Below, in pieces: positions 48,471 to 60,079 of a DNA stretch of 64,000 bases (its first letter is position 1; every line of letters begins with the position of its first letter). Where the stretch lies: positions 7,290 to 71,289 of the forward strand of contig JBAUYF010000001.1 of assembly GCA_049584655.1 (NCBI GenBank), given 5' to 3'. The position numbers and the translations under genes are program-made. Under the pieces are notes generated by a model. It worked only from the letters and a program-made list of their open reading frames with translations, ran no database searches and was not told where the DNA came from. Source of the stretch: Thermoplasmata archaeon. Its GTDB lineage: Archaea; Thermoplasmatota; Thermoplasmata; Lutacidiplasmatales; UBA184.

Positions 48471-49271
48471 TTACGAGGGTGGCTCAGGGTTCGCGGCGTC
48501 TCCAACCGGTTCCGCAGCGAGGTTCGACTCGAGCCCTGCGAGACCCCGGATTCGGCGCCCCCCCACCTTGGGCCAAGTGCCGTTGCGGTCGAGCAACACG
48601 GCGGAAATCCCGAGGCGAGTCGCCGCCCGAACGTCGCTCCAGAACAGATCTCCGACGAATGCGGACTCCGAAGCGGTAACCTGGATCCGATCCAGAGCTA
48701 GCCGAAATGCAGAGGCGGCCGGAAGGCATGTCGCCGAAGCATCGTCTCCGGCGAGGACCAGGAGTTCTTCCGGTAGTTGCGCACGATGCAGCATCCAGCG
48801 TGCCGACTCGCGCGGAAGAGGAGTGATAATGCCTACCGTCACGCCCGCGGATCGAAGGCGTTCGACGGCCGGCAACGCGTCATCGTAACGTTCGACGTCT
48901 CCCATCGGCTTGAGGAAACGAGTGACGACCGCTTCCGTTTCGAGCCCGGGAAGTGGATGCCCGGCAATCGCCCACAGTGTCTCGCGTAGGTGCTGCCGGT
49001 AGGCTTCGAGATCCACCGCGGGTTCAGCGCCGACGAGTCCGCGCCACCGGCGGCGATCCCAGTGATGCTGCGCCCGTCGAAGGGCGGCCAGCGCATGCCG
49101 CTCCGAGAGCGCTGGCCCGCGGGGCCGCCAGGCCCATTGCCAAGCGGAGAGAGTCTGAGTGGGAACGATCGTATCATCGAGGTCGAAGAGGAATCCTCGA
49201 AACTCGGTGTCGCCGATTTTCAGCGTCACGGGCGATCGAGCTCTATCCGCGCCCGGTCTTCTGAAGCTCAA
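48471..49271 (-). CDS. HAD-superfamily hydrolase
   Basis: Motif I FLFDLDDTIV, and a later VGD...SDV motif. Confidence 0.75.
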   Translation of the reverse strand: MSFRRPGADRARSPVTLKIGDTEFRGFLFDLDDTIVPTQTLSAWQWAWRPRGPALSERHALAALRRAQHHWDRRRWRGLVGAEPAVDLEAYRQHLRETLWAIAGHPLPGLETEAVVTRFLKPMGDVERYDDALPAVERLRSAGVTVGIITPLPRESARWMLHRAQLPEELLVLAGDDASATCLPAASAFRLALDRIQVTASESAFVGDLFWSDVRAATRLGISAVLLDRNGTWPKVGGRRIRGLAGLESNLAAEPVGDAANPEPPS

Positions 49272-50106
49272 GTAGGTCTTCGGTCGAGACCTTTTCGCCC
49301 TTCTTGAGGCGGGCCAAGAAGTCCTCTTCCCGCGGTGGTTCCGCGTCCGCCCACGTCGAAGGCGTCCGCCCTCCCCTCGCTGCGGCGAGCATCTTTTCGA
49401 TATCGCGAACCTCTTCGATCGCCGCGATATGAGCGCGATGAGCTTCGTCCGCGGCGGTCTTCACCTCGATGAGTCTGGCTTGGACTTCGTCCGCCTGACG
49501 ACGCAGCTCGTCCACGGACTCGTAGAGGGTCACCATCGCCTCGTGCTCGCGCTGGGCTTCTTCGGCGAACTGCCCCACAGCAGCGTGATGCTTCTCGGCT
49601 TCGACGCGGGCCTCCGCGACGCCTGCGAGAGCCTGATCGATCTCGGGATCCTGTCGTAGTTGATCGTCCTGGTCCTTGATCGCTTGCTCGAGGCGTTTCA
49701 TCTCCTCGATCAAGCGCTTCTCTTGCTCCCCCGTCAGGGCCGTCGTCATGTGGCGGAACTCCAATTCTTTGAGTTCCTTCCGCAGACGCCAGACCGGGAC
49801 GGCGCCAGGGCGCGGGGCTCGAGCCCGCTTGAGCTCCTGGACGCGATCGCTCAACTCCTGGAGCTTGCGGTTCCACTCTTCTCGGAGCCGCTTCTCTTCG
49901 CGAACCTGGTCGTTTAGCGTATCGCGATGGCGACGATGTTCTTGGGCCTCCGAGCTCTTCTGATGCAACTCATCGATGATGCGACCGCGCTCGTCTGCGC
50001 GCGTGCGCGCCTCCGCATTGAGCTTGTCGCGCCGAGCCCGGAACTCGTCCGCCCGGGCATTGGATTCGGCGCGCTTTCGCTCGAGTTCATCCGTCGCGTC
50101 GGTCAA
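49243..50106 (-). CDS. Archaeal coiled-coil protein (COG1340-like)
   Basis: 287 aa, almost entirely heptad-like and E/R/K/L/A-rich. No enzymatic motif. Confidence 0.6.
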   Translation of the reverse strand: MTDATDELERKRAESNARADEFRARRDKLNAEARTRADERGRIIDELHQKSSEAQEHRRHRDTLNDQVREEKRLREEWNRKLQELSDRVQELKRARAPRPGAVPVWRLRKELKELEFRHMTTALTGEQEKRLIEEMKRLEQAIKDQDDQLRQDPEIDQALAGVAEARVEAEKHHAAVGQFAEEAQREHEAMVTLYESVDELRRQADEVQARLIEVKTAADEAHRAHIAAIEEVRDIEKMLAAARGGRTPSTWADAEPPREEDFLARLKKGEKVSTEDLLELQKTGRG

Positions 50107-50288
50107 AGAGCCACCGCCCGTCGAATTTCACGAGGTCGGGAATCGTTCGACAGAGGCGACCGATATAAAGCCTTCCAGCGAACCGAGCGCGCGGCGCCGT
50201 GTGGCGCGCGAGGCGTCCACCTGACGAAGACTCGAGACCTTCCTTTCCCGCGTCACACTAATATGCCCACCTCCCGCTCATCGCTCTC

Positions 50289-51740
50289 GTGGAAGAGGTC
50301 GGCCGTATTTTTGGCGACGTGGGGTTGGGTCAGTTCCAACTCAGCCTCACGCATCCGGTCGAGCGAGGCGACTACCTCGCTGTCCAGGATGAACTCCACC
50401 ACCGCGAAGTCCTCTGCCAGCTCGACGATCTCCATCGGAAGAGCGACTTGGACGTAGAACGCGCGAGCACGATCGCGGATGCGGACGCCCCGTCGATTCA
50501 CCAAAATCTGTTGGGCGTTGCGCGAATCATCGGGTATCGGGACGAGACCGGAGTGGTGAAGCTCCCGACGATTCCATTTCGACCTGGCGCACGGGTGGAC
50601 CGGGCTGAGGAGCCGCTCATCGCCGATGTACTGGGATTGAAACATCGCGCCCATACTGGCGCGTACGTCGGATTACTTCGGAGCCACAATCTGCGGATCG
50701 AACTCGACATCAATCAGCTCGTGCAACGTCACGTCAGCGTCCTCGCCAAGACGGGCGGCGGCAAGAGCTACCTGTTGGGCGTGCTCATCGAAGAGCTTCT
50801 CCGGCACAAAGTGACGTGCGTTGTGATCGACCCTCATGGCGAGTACGGGTCACTGCGAATTCCCGCGGAGAAGAACGGTGTCCACGCCCGATTCGCCGTC
50901 GAGTCCCAGGGATTCGGGAAACAGATCCAGGAATACTCGCCGGACGTGTCGCTGAACCCGAGCGCCAAGCCGCTCACGTTTTCGCTTCGTCACTTGGATC
51001 CGCGCGACCTGCTGGTCTTCATGGGTCTGACCAACGTGAAGACGTTCCTGGCCCCATTGAAAGCCCTGCTCGAACAGGTGGCCGCGACGACCCCCGATTT
51101 CACCGTTCGGGACCTCGTGCGTGCCGCCGGGCAAAGTGAGGGCAACGTCGCCGAGATGCTCCAGGAACGTCTCGAGTACTTGGAACAGACGAAATTACTC
51201 GGACCACAGGGCACGAGCCTCAACGAGCTCGTGAAGCGAGGGGAAGCGACCCTCATCAACCTCCGCGGAGTGGCTCCAGACGTTCAGGAGCTTGTCGTCG
51301 CCCGGATCGCCTCCACGCTCTTCGAGAATCGGAAAAAAGGGAAGATCCCCCCCTTGTTCTTGGTCATCGAAGAGGCGCACAATTTCGCTCCGCAGCAGGG
51401 TTCCGCCACGTGCTCGCGGGTCCTCAAGAATATCGCGAGCGAGGGGCGAAAGTTCGGACTTGGTCTGTGCGTCGTCACGCAACGCGCGGCGCGCATCGAC
51501 AAAACGGTGCTCTCGCAATGCAACACGCAGCTCATCCTGCAGGTTACGAACCCGCTCGACCTGAAGGCGATCGCTCAGTCGATCGAAGGCCTGACCGACG
51601 GCATGACCGAAATGATCCAATCGCTACCGGTCGGCGTCGCACTCGTAACCGGCGGGGGGTATCACACCCCGCTTTTCTGCGAAGTTCGGCCCCGCGCGAC
51701 CAAGCACGGCGGCGAGAGTGTCAAGATCGTTGACAACTAA
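50289..51740 (+). CDS. HerA-like (DUF87) P-loop ATPase/helicase
   Basis: N-terminal HAS-barrel-like region, Walker A VLAKTGGGKSYL, Walker B LFLVIEEAHNF, and VVTQRAARIDKTVLSQCNT. Confidence 0.8.
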   Translation: MEEVGRIFGDVGLGQFQLSLTHPVERGDYLAVQDELHHREVLCQLDDLHRKSDLDVERASTIADADAPSIHQNLLGVARIIGYRDETGVVKLPTIPFRPGARVDRAEEPLIADVLGLKHRAHTGAYVGLLRSHNLRIELDINQLVQRHVSVLAKTGGGKSYLLGVLIEELLRHKVTCVVIDPHGEYGSLRIPAEKNGVHARFAVESQGFGKQIQEYSPDVSLNPSAKPLTFSLRHLDPRDLLVFMGLTNVKTFLAPLKALLEQVAATTPDFTVRDLVRAAGQSEGNVAEMLQERLEYLEQTKLLGPQGTSLNELVKRGEATLINLRGVAPDVQELVVARIASTLFENRKKGKIPPLFLVIEEAHNFAPQQGSATCSRVLKNIASEGRKFGLGLCVVTQRAARIDKTVLSQCNTQLILQVTNPLDLKAIAQSIEGLTDGMTEMIQSLPVGVALVTGGGYHTPLFCEVRPRATKHGGESVKIVDN

Positions 51741-51757
51741 CCGTGCGCCGAATCCGA

Positions 51758-53287
51758 CTAGGCCCGCGCCGAGTCGAGCAGGTAGCGAGTGACGAGGCGG
51801 ACTCCGAACGCAGTCGCGCCCGCGTTCTGGTAGGCGGGCTGGTACTTTCGGGTCGGACCCGACGTGTAGGCAGGCCCGGCGATGTCCAGATGCGCCCACG
51901 CGGTCTTTCCAACGAACGTCTCGAGAAAAGCAGCCGCCGTGAGCATGCCGGCCGACATGATCTCGGTAGAGTTTCGGACGTCCCCCAGGTCGCTCTTCAC
52001 CAGTTCTCGATGGTAATCCGTGAGCGGCATGCGCCAGATGGGCTCCCCGGTGATCGCGGACGCGTCGAGGAGGCCCTTCGCCAGTTTATCGTCATTCGAG
52101 ACCATTCCGCCCATCGCATCGCCGAGGGCGACGACCTGGGCTCCCGTAAGGGTCGCGAGGTCGATGATCTCGTCCGGATGATACTTGTCCACGACGTAAC
52201 CGAGCGCGTCTGAGAGCACGACGCGCCCTTCGGCGTCCGTGTTCAGTACTTCGATCATATGGCCGTCATACGTCCGGATCACGTCGCCCGGCCGGTAGGC
52301 GGTGCCGCTGGGGAGATTCTCCGCGCACGCCATCACACCCACGACCCGGGGCGGCACTTTCAACGTCGCGGCCGCCCGCAGAATGCCGAGGACGGCGCAA
52401 GCCCCGGACTTGTCGAATTTCATATTGGACATGCTCATCCCGGGCTTGAGTGAGATCCCTCCCGAGTCGAACGTGATGCCCTTGCCGACGACGGCCACGG
52501 TTTTGCCGGATCGGTTTCCGCCGCCGTATTCGAGTAAGATCATCCGCGGTGGATGCGACGACCCGCTTCCGACCCCGAGGATGCCACCGCAGTGCAGTTC
52601 GGCCAGCTTCTTCTCGTCCAGGACGGCGACCCGTAGGCCGAACTCCTTACCGAGCAAACGCGCCTCTTCGGCCAGTCGTTCGGGCGTCGCGGTATCCGCC
52701 GGTAGATTGGCGACATCCCGGGTCCAGAGGACCGACTCGACGACACCCAATTCCTGGTCGAGAACGCGCTTGAGGGCTGATTCTTCCCGCGCGTGTTCCT
52801 CGCCCAAATTGATCGTGACATCTTCGACCCCACCCTCGGTGGTCGTCTTGTATTTCAGGAACTCATAGCCACCGAGCGCTGCGCCATCGGTGATGGCGGC
52901 GACCGCGGCTTCGCTCGCAACTGTTTCCGCGACGAAGGAGCTGAGCCGAAAGCCGACCGTGCGAACGCCCTTCCCTTTCAGCGACTTGACGACTTCCGCG
53001 GAGGCCCGTCGAACGGTCTCCGCATCGAGCGAGGTTCGGGGTCCCAGGCCGATCAGGATCACACGACCGCGCTTATCCGGTCGGTGGAAGATCGTGACCT
53101 CTTTCCGTTTCCCTTTGAGTTCGCGCTTCTGCCAGGCTTCTTTCAGCAGCCCTTGCGTCGCTTCGTCTTCTTTGACCAGGGAGCGTGGGAACGAATCGTC
53201 TTTCTCGGCGCGTTCCCCAACCCCGCTGATCGAGGCATCGACCGCCGCGGCGGTAGTGGCCTCGCGACGATCGAGATGGACTTTCAT
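51758..53287 (-). CDS. pepA: Leucyl aminopeptidase (M17)
   Basis: VGKGITFDSGGISLKP and NTDAEGRVVLSDAL. I chose the start at the ATG at 53287 (MKVHLD). Confidence 0.9.
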   Translation of the reverse strand: MKVHLDRREATTAAAVDASISGVGERAEKDDSFPRSLVKEDEATQGLLKEAWQKRELKGKRKEVTIFHRPDKRGRVILIGLGPRTSLDAETVRRASAEVVKSLKGKGVRTVGFRLSSFVAETVASEAAVAAITDGAALGGYEFLKYKTTTEGGVEDVTINLGEEHAREESALKRVLDQELGVVESVLWTRDVANLPADTATPERLAEEARLLGKEFGLRVAVLDEKKLAELHCGGILGVGSGSSHPPRMILLEYGGGNRSGKTVAVVGKGITFDSGGISLKPGMSMSNMKFDKSGACAVLGILRAAATLKVPPRVVGVMACAENLPSGTAYRPGDVIRTYDGHMIEVLNTDAEGRVVLSDALGYVVDKYHPDEIIDLATLTGAQVVALGDAMGGMVSNDDKLAKGLLDASAITGEPIWRMPLTDYHRELVKSDLGDVRNSTEIMSAGMLTAAAFLETFVGKTAWAHLDIAGPAYTSGPTRKYQPAYQNAGATAFGVRLVTRYLLDSARA

Positions 53288-53303
53288 GGCTCCGGCCGGT
53301 CGA

Positions 53304-53684
53304 TCAGAACGACGGTCGGAGTTTTTGCCGATCGATCCGGACACCCGTCGGCGTGAGGCAGAGCAAGTTCTTGGCGATACCGGCGACGTCGCCGTTGACA
53401 TCTTTGGCGACGTTCTTGAGATCGATGCTCATGCGCCGTACGGCGTTGGTGTCATTCGCGATCGAGGTGTAATCGACGATCACCACGTCGCCCTGATACG
53501 CCAACTTGGAGACGTTGTGGAGGTCCTCGAAACGGAGGATTTCCGCCATCCGGACCGTGCCGCGGGCGCCGGCCAAGGCGCTGGCCTCGTCTTCGAACTG
53601 CATTGTGCCGAGGTCGAGAAAACTCCCTTCTTCCAACGTGTCCGACCCGTGACGTCGCCGGAGAATCCCACTTTTGTTCGCCAT
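53304..53684 (-). CDS. sepF: Cell division protein SepF (archaeal, DUF552)
   Basis: ILRFEDLHNVSKLAYQGDVVIVDYTSIANDTNAVRRMSIDLKNVAKDVNGDVAGIAKNLLCLTP. Start at MANKSG. Confidence 0.8.
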   Translation of the reverse strand: MANKSGILRRRHGSDTLEEGSFLDLGTMQFEDEASALAGARGTVRMAEILRFEDLHNVSKLAYQGDVVIVDYTSIANDTNAVRRMSIDLKNVAKDVNGDVAGIAKNLLCLTPTGVRIDRQKLRPSF

Positions 53685-53734
53685 GATCGCAAGCCCCTGA
53701 TCTCGAACCTTCGAGGGAGACTCGCTTCTTAAGG

Positions 53735-54514
53735 CTATGGTTCCATCGCTTGACGCTCGATCCCCCGCTCGCCTTTCATCCCGGCATTTCGGGCAATCCG
53801 AGCGCAAAACGTGACGCGATAGACGTCCTGTCCGTTGCGACGACCGAAGAGCGTCGCCGACTCCTTGATCTGGGCGCCCAGTCGATGCTTCAAGAGTCGA
53901 GCTACGCCCCGGGCCGCTAGAGTATCGACCAGATAGAAGTCCCAACCCTCGGGGAGAGCTTCGCTCCAGCTAATCGCCTTTCGCCAGTCGGGTCGCATCT
54001 CCGGAAGGACACCCTGCCACTGATGTTCGAGCCGATTCCGGAGCTCCGCGGCGGACTCGTGGGGCCCTTTGGCTTCGCCGCGAAGTTGGAGGACCGCGGT
54101 ATAGTAATGCCCGGAACGACGGCTGCACTCCGGACAAGTGTGATGCTCCATCTTGACCTGAAGGTCGACGCCTACTTCTCGTTCCAGCCCCCGGAAGCGG
54201 ACTAGGGCCGTACCGTGCAGGTCTCGGAGCATTGGGTTCTGGCTGGTCTCCTCCCAACGAACGCGACGGATCCCGACCTCCGGGTGGACCCGGAGAAGCG
54301 GAGTGAGGTCCTCGGCTGTGAGGAGAGTCGAAGTTCCCGATCGTTCCCAATGCGAACCGACCTTACGGGCCCCGCACATTGGACAGAGAATGACCTTCGG
54401 TCGGAGGGGGGCCGCGACGAGTTCGAGCCGGTCGGCCGAGCATTCGGCACACATGCCCTCTTGCAGGGGCCGGTCCGTCCGCCCACAGACGACGCAAAAC
54501 TCGCCTTCGACCAT
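53735..54514 (-). CDS. NMD3-family ribosomal large-subunit export/biogenesis protein homolog
   Basis: N-terminal Cys clusters CVVCGR...CAEC...CPMCG and a later CPECS, with NMD3-like spacing. Confidence 0.75.
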   Translation of the reverse strand: MVEGEFCVVCGRTDRPLQEGMCAECSADRLELVAAPLRPKVILCPMCGARKVGSHWERSGTSTLLTAEDLTPLLRVHPEVGIRRVRWEETSQNPMLRDLHGTALVRFRGLEREVGVDLQVKMEHHTCPECSRRSGHYYTAVLQLRGEAKGPHESAAELRNRLEHQWQGVLPEMRPDWRKAISWSEALPEGWDFYLVDTLAARGVARLLKHRLGAQIKESATLFGRRNGQDVYRVTFCARIARNAGMKGERGIERQAMEP

Positions 54515-54538
54515 GCTATTCCCTCCCGTCCCGATCGG

Positions 54539-54865
54539 TCATTCGGGAACGGTAAAGATCTCGGCATGCGGAACCCCTCCGAGGATCCCGCATCCCTCCT
54601 CTTCCACGAATCCTTCCTCTTGCGCCCACTTGAGCGTCTGCGTGCCCAAGAGATTGACGACCGTCGCCAGCCGCAAGGCAAGCACGAACTCCTCCTTGGT
54701 CACGAGCCGTTCGCCGTAGAAGTGGCCGGAGACCTTGGCCGTTCGACCGGAAGTTCCTACGGGAAGGTCGCGCCCGACGAGGTCCGCGTCGCACGCCGCC
54801 ACGACGACTTCGGCGCGTACACGGTGAACCCGCATCACGACACGCGGCGGATCCTCTGTTTCCAT
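54539..54865 (-). CDS. DUF424 family protein
   Basis: VAACDADLVGRDL...FYGERLVTKEEF...ATVVNLLG...GGVPHAEIF matches the DUF424 pattern. Confidence 0.65.
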   Translation of the reverse strand: METEDPPRVVMRVHRVRAEVVVAACDADLVGRDLPVGTSGRTAKVSGHFYGERLVTKEEFVLALRLATVVNLLGTQTLKWAQEEGFVEEEGCGILGGVPHAEIFTVPE

Positions 54866-54925
54866 CGTGGCCCCCTCCTTTCCGAAGCGGCGGGCGGGGT
54901 TAAGACGCTGTAGGGCGCCGAACTC

Positions 54926-57046
54926 TCAAAATCGCAAGCGTTGCCACCGACCAGGGCGCAGCTCCGCGATCTCGCCCTGATTCCGGAGCGACTGAAACAG
55001 ACCCTCCGTCCGGGCCGGCGGGATGCCCTTGCGCTCCGCCTCGGCCTTGAGCTCTTCGAAAGTGAACGTGCCCGAGCTCTTCGAAAGTTCCGTCATCAAG
55101 TCCGTCAGGAGCTCCATGCGTTCCCGCTGGCTGTGACTCACTCCGGTCGCAACCACGTCAATGTCCAGCTTGCCCTCGAAGGTCGTGACACGCTTGAGGA
55201 AGCTCTCCATGATGTGGATCCCACGCTGCGCATCGTCAAGACCGACGACCGGGGAAAGGCGAGCGCGCGCGGCGGCTTCACTCAAGCGTACGAGGGCCTC
55301 GAGCTGTCGAGCGGTGATGGGAACCGGCGCGTCCGGTTCCTCGCCTTGCTTGCGCACTTCAACGTAGTAATCCTCCAACGCCTGGAGTGCTTCGTTCGAG
55401 AGAACGGGACGAACCGTCTTGCGTGCGTAAGCGATGTATTTCTTCAGGAGCGCGGGAGGGAAGGGTAGGGTCGACGAGGCGGATTCCGGTTCGAAAGTGG
55501 CATTCGCCTCTCGGGCCTCGCCTTCTCGGTGCGATCGCAGGATTCGACTGGCGAGGGAACGATCGCGCGCCTGGTTCGGTCGATCTTGGATCGAAAAGAT
55601 CACATCGAAACGCGAGAGTAGAGTGGGTGGCAGGTCCAACTGCTCGGTTATCGAGCGATCCCGGGTGAACCGTCCGTACTTGGGATTCGCCGCGGCCAGC
55701 ACGGGGCAGCGCGCATTCAGCGTCGCGGTGATCCCCGCCTTCGCCACGGAGACCGTTTGCTGCTCGAGCACCTCATGCATCGCCGATCGATCTTCCGGGG
55801 TCATTTTGTCGAGTTCATCGACGACCGCAATGCCGCCGTCCGCGAGGACCAACATCCCGGCTTCGAGGACCCATCGACCACCGCCGAAATCATCCTTAAC
55901 GGCGGCGGCGGTCAGTCCGGCTGCCGTCGCTCCTTTCCCGCTGGTGTAAATTCCTCGCGGTGCTACATCCGCGATATATCGGAGCAACTGGCTCTTCGCG
56001 ACGCCGGGATCCCCTACCAGGAGCACGTGAATATCCCCGCGTACCCGAACCCCATCGGGGTGCCGCTTCTCGACCCCTCCAAAGAGCTGCAGCGCGATCG
56101 CTTCCTTCTCCTCGTCCATCTCCTTGATGGTCGGCGCGAGCGACAACACGATCTTGTCGACGACCGTGGGGTCGCCTCGGAACCGCGAGAAGAGGCGCTC
56201 CTCTTCCTCGGTAATCTCGATCTCCTCGTATTCCAGCTGCTTGAACTCCAAGGAGTTCGCCAACACGAGCAAATCGAAAGTGGTGTTTCGAACTAAGCCT
56301 CCACGCGCCACCGAGGCCCGCTGAAAACTCTTCAAGACGCCGTTGACGACGAGACGATTGCCCGGAATCACTTGACCGCTCAGGTCCTCGATCAGCAGGA
56401 CCGCCAGCCCCTGCGGGTGGGCGCCCCCCTTCAGACTCTCGGGATTCTCTTGAATCTCGATTCGCTGGGAGTCAATGTACGTCGATTTTTCGGGCAGTAA
56501 GCGGAAGCGGGTTCGCCCTAGGGGTTTCCCGCAGCCGCCCTGGGACTCCGGACACTCCAAGGGTTCCCGGAACACGAGTGAGATCTCGTCTTGTGGTTCA
56601 TGGAACTCGACACGACATGCCGCGCACGAGAAGACGGCATCTCGGATCTGGGGCCGAACTTCGGTGACCTTGCGCACGATTCCGTCGAGGCCCACGAAGC
56701 GATTCAGGTCGCTCTCACGGATCGCTCGGATCGAGCGGTGGGCAGTGATGGGGAGCCCGATCACGCGAAGGCGAAGGCCCTCCGCCTCGGGACCCGGCAC
56801 GGGAAGCAGCTCGCGCATGCCGCGTTGACCGGCCGCGAGAACCTCTTCGGGACGCTCGATCAAGAGGTCGGCCAGAGCAAGGTCGGTTTCCTCGATGTCG
56901 GAGAAGTGGATCTCGAGCGTCCTTTCCTCGGGAAATCGATCTTGGAGCTCGAGGATCCGCGGTCGCAGTCCCCGCTCCTCGAATACCGCGGCCCATCGGC
57001 CGGTCAGCTCGAGCGGTGCGGGCAGAGTCCGAGTTGCAGCTACCAT
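54926..57046 (-). CDS. mcm: MCM replicative helicase
   Basis: Zinc motif CAAC...C...C, Walker A LLVGDPGVAKSQ, Walker B VVDELDKM, and arginine finger SRFD. The ATG at 57046 avoids overlap with aspS. Confidence 0.95.
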   Translation of the reverse strand: MVAATRTLPAPLELTGRWAAVFEERGLRPRILELQDRFPEERTLEIHFSDIEETDLALADLLIERPEEVLAAGQRGMRELLPVPGPEAEGLRLRVIGLPITAHRSIRAIRESDLNRFVGLDGIVRKVTEVRPQIRDAVFSCAACRVEFHEPQDEISLVFREPLECPESQGGCGKPLGRTRFRLLPEKSTYIDSQRIEIQENPESLKGGAHPQGLAVLLIEDLSGQVIPGNRLVVNGVLKSFQRASVARGGLVRNTTFDLLVLANSLEFKQLEYEEIEITEEEERLFSRFRGDPTVVDKIVLSLAPTIKEMDEEKEAIALQLFGGVEKRHPDGVRVRGDIHVLLVGDPGVAKSQLLRYIADVAPRGIYTSGKGATAAGLTAAAVKDDFGGGRWVLEAGMLVLADGGIAVVDELDKMTPEDRSAMHEVLEQQTVSVAKAGITATLNARCPVLAAANPKYGRFTRDRSITEQLDLPPTLLSRFDVIFSIQDRPNQARDRSLASRILRSHREGEAREANATFEPESASSTLPFPPALLKKYIAYARKTVRPVLSNEALQALEDYYVEVRKQGEEPDAPVPITARQLEALVRLSEAAARARLSPVVGLDDAQRGIHIMESFLKRVTTFEGKLDIDVVATGVSHSQRERMELLTDLMTELSKSSGTFTFEELKAEAERKGIPPARTEGLFQSLRNQGEIAELRPGRWQRLRF

Positions 57047-57059
57047 CCGACCCACCCTC

Positions 57060-58341
<1,282 letters not shown>

Positions 58342-58370
<29 letters not shown>

Positions 58371-59976
58371 CGGCCGGCACCTCCTTACGCGCGAGCGCGG
58401 CGTTTACGAGCGCCAAGTACAGCGGGTGTGGCGCTTCGGGACGAGAGAGGAATTCGGGGTGATACTGTACGCCAATGAAGAAGGGATGACCCGGGATCTC
58501 CAGCACCTCGACCCTTCCGTCCACGGCCCGCCCCGACACGAGGAGTCCCTGGTCGCGGAATCGATCGAGGTAGGCGGGGTTGATTTCGAAGCGATGGCGG
58601 TGACGCTCCCAGATCTCCGTTCGGCCATAAATGCCGGCGATGCGTGAACCCTCGGTCAGCTCCACGCGCTGGGCGCCGAGACGCATCGTGCCGCCCATAT
58701 CGGCAAGTCCCTGCTGCTCCTCGAGCAGGCACACCACGGGGTCCGGGGTGTGGGGATCGACCTCCGACGTATTGGCCTGCGCTAGACCGAGGACGTTCCG
58801 AGTAAATTCCACGGCGGCCATTTGAAAGCCGTAGCACACGCCGAGAAACGGGATCCCTTGCGTTCGAGCTATCTCGATCGCCATGGCTTTTCCTTCGACG
58901 CCGCGCGCACCAAAACCGCCGGGGACGAGGATCGCATCCGAGCGTTTCAATCGGACGAGTAACGACGGATTTTTCGGGATATCTTCGGCGTCGTACCACT
59001 GAAGGCGCACTTCGCAACCAAGGTGACCCTGACAGTGGTGGAATGCCTCGGTATGCGACAGGTAGGCGTCGCGCAGCTCGGTGTACTTTCCCACCACAGC
59101 GATTTCTACAAAACCCTCGGCACGCCGATACGTCGCCAGGAATTCCTTCCATGCCGCATAATCAGGGGTACGGTCCGGGAGTCCGAGAAGGCGACACAGG
59201 TGCTGGCCGACTCCTTGCGCCTCCAAGACGAGTGGCACTTCGTAGATGACGGATTGGTCGGGTACCGATATCACCGCCTCGGGTGGAACATCGCAAAAGA
59301 GCGAGATCTTGGCCTTGATGTCGGGGGCGAGTGGTGCCGGCCCCCGCGCGACGATCATCGTTGGTCGAATTCCGATCGCGCGAAGCTCGCGCACGGAATG
59401 TTGGGTCGGCTTGGTCTTCGCTTCGCCGACTGGCCCAACGACCGGGACGAGGGTCGTGTGGACGAACGCCATATGGCCCTCTCCTAGTTCGTAGGAGAGC
59501 TCTCGCAACGCCTCAAGGAATGGCATGGACTCTATGTCTCCCACGGTCCCACCAACCTCTACGAGCACGACCTCCGCACCGGTTGCTTGCGCGACTTCTC
59601 GGATCGTCCGCTTGATCTCGCCAGTCACGTGGGGAATGATCTGAACCGTATTGCCCAGGTAATCGCCACGTCGCTCTTTCTCGATGACCGCCCGGTAGAT
59701 TTTGCCGGTCGTCAGATTATGCGTTCCGACGAGGCTTTGTCCCAGGAATCGTTCGTAGTTGCCGAGGTCGAGGTCCGCCTCGGTGCCATCGTCCAGGACG
59801 AAAACTTCCCCGTGTTGGTACGGGTTCATCGTTCCGGCGTCGACGTTGAGATACGGGTCGATCTTGAGGATCGTGACGGGGATTCCTCGGGCCTTGAGAA
59901 GGCGTCCCAGCGACGAGGTGGTGATTCCCTTGCCGAGGCCGGATATCACTCCTCCACTTACGACAACGACTTTCAC
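58342..59976 (-). CDS. pyrG: CTP synthase
   Basis: MKVVVVSGGVISGLGKGITTSS..., with the glutaminase domain motifs GVCYGFQ and HRHRFE. Confidence 0.95.
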
Positions 59977-60008
59977 GGCTTGCTCCGTGATTGGTAGCCA
60001 GACGTTTG

Positions 60009-60015
60009 CATAAAA
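60009..60015 (-). promoter_or_regulatory. TATA-like box (TTTTATG on the minus strand) upstream of pyrG
   Basis: About 35 nt upstream of the pyrG ATG (59976). Confidence 0.3.
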
Positions 60016-60079
60016 CCTGTGCCCGCTTCGTTCAGTATGTCACGCACTGGATCCCCGATTTTCGCCCGGCACGGACGCT

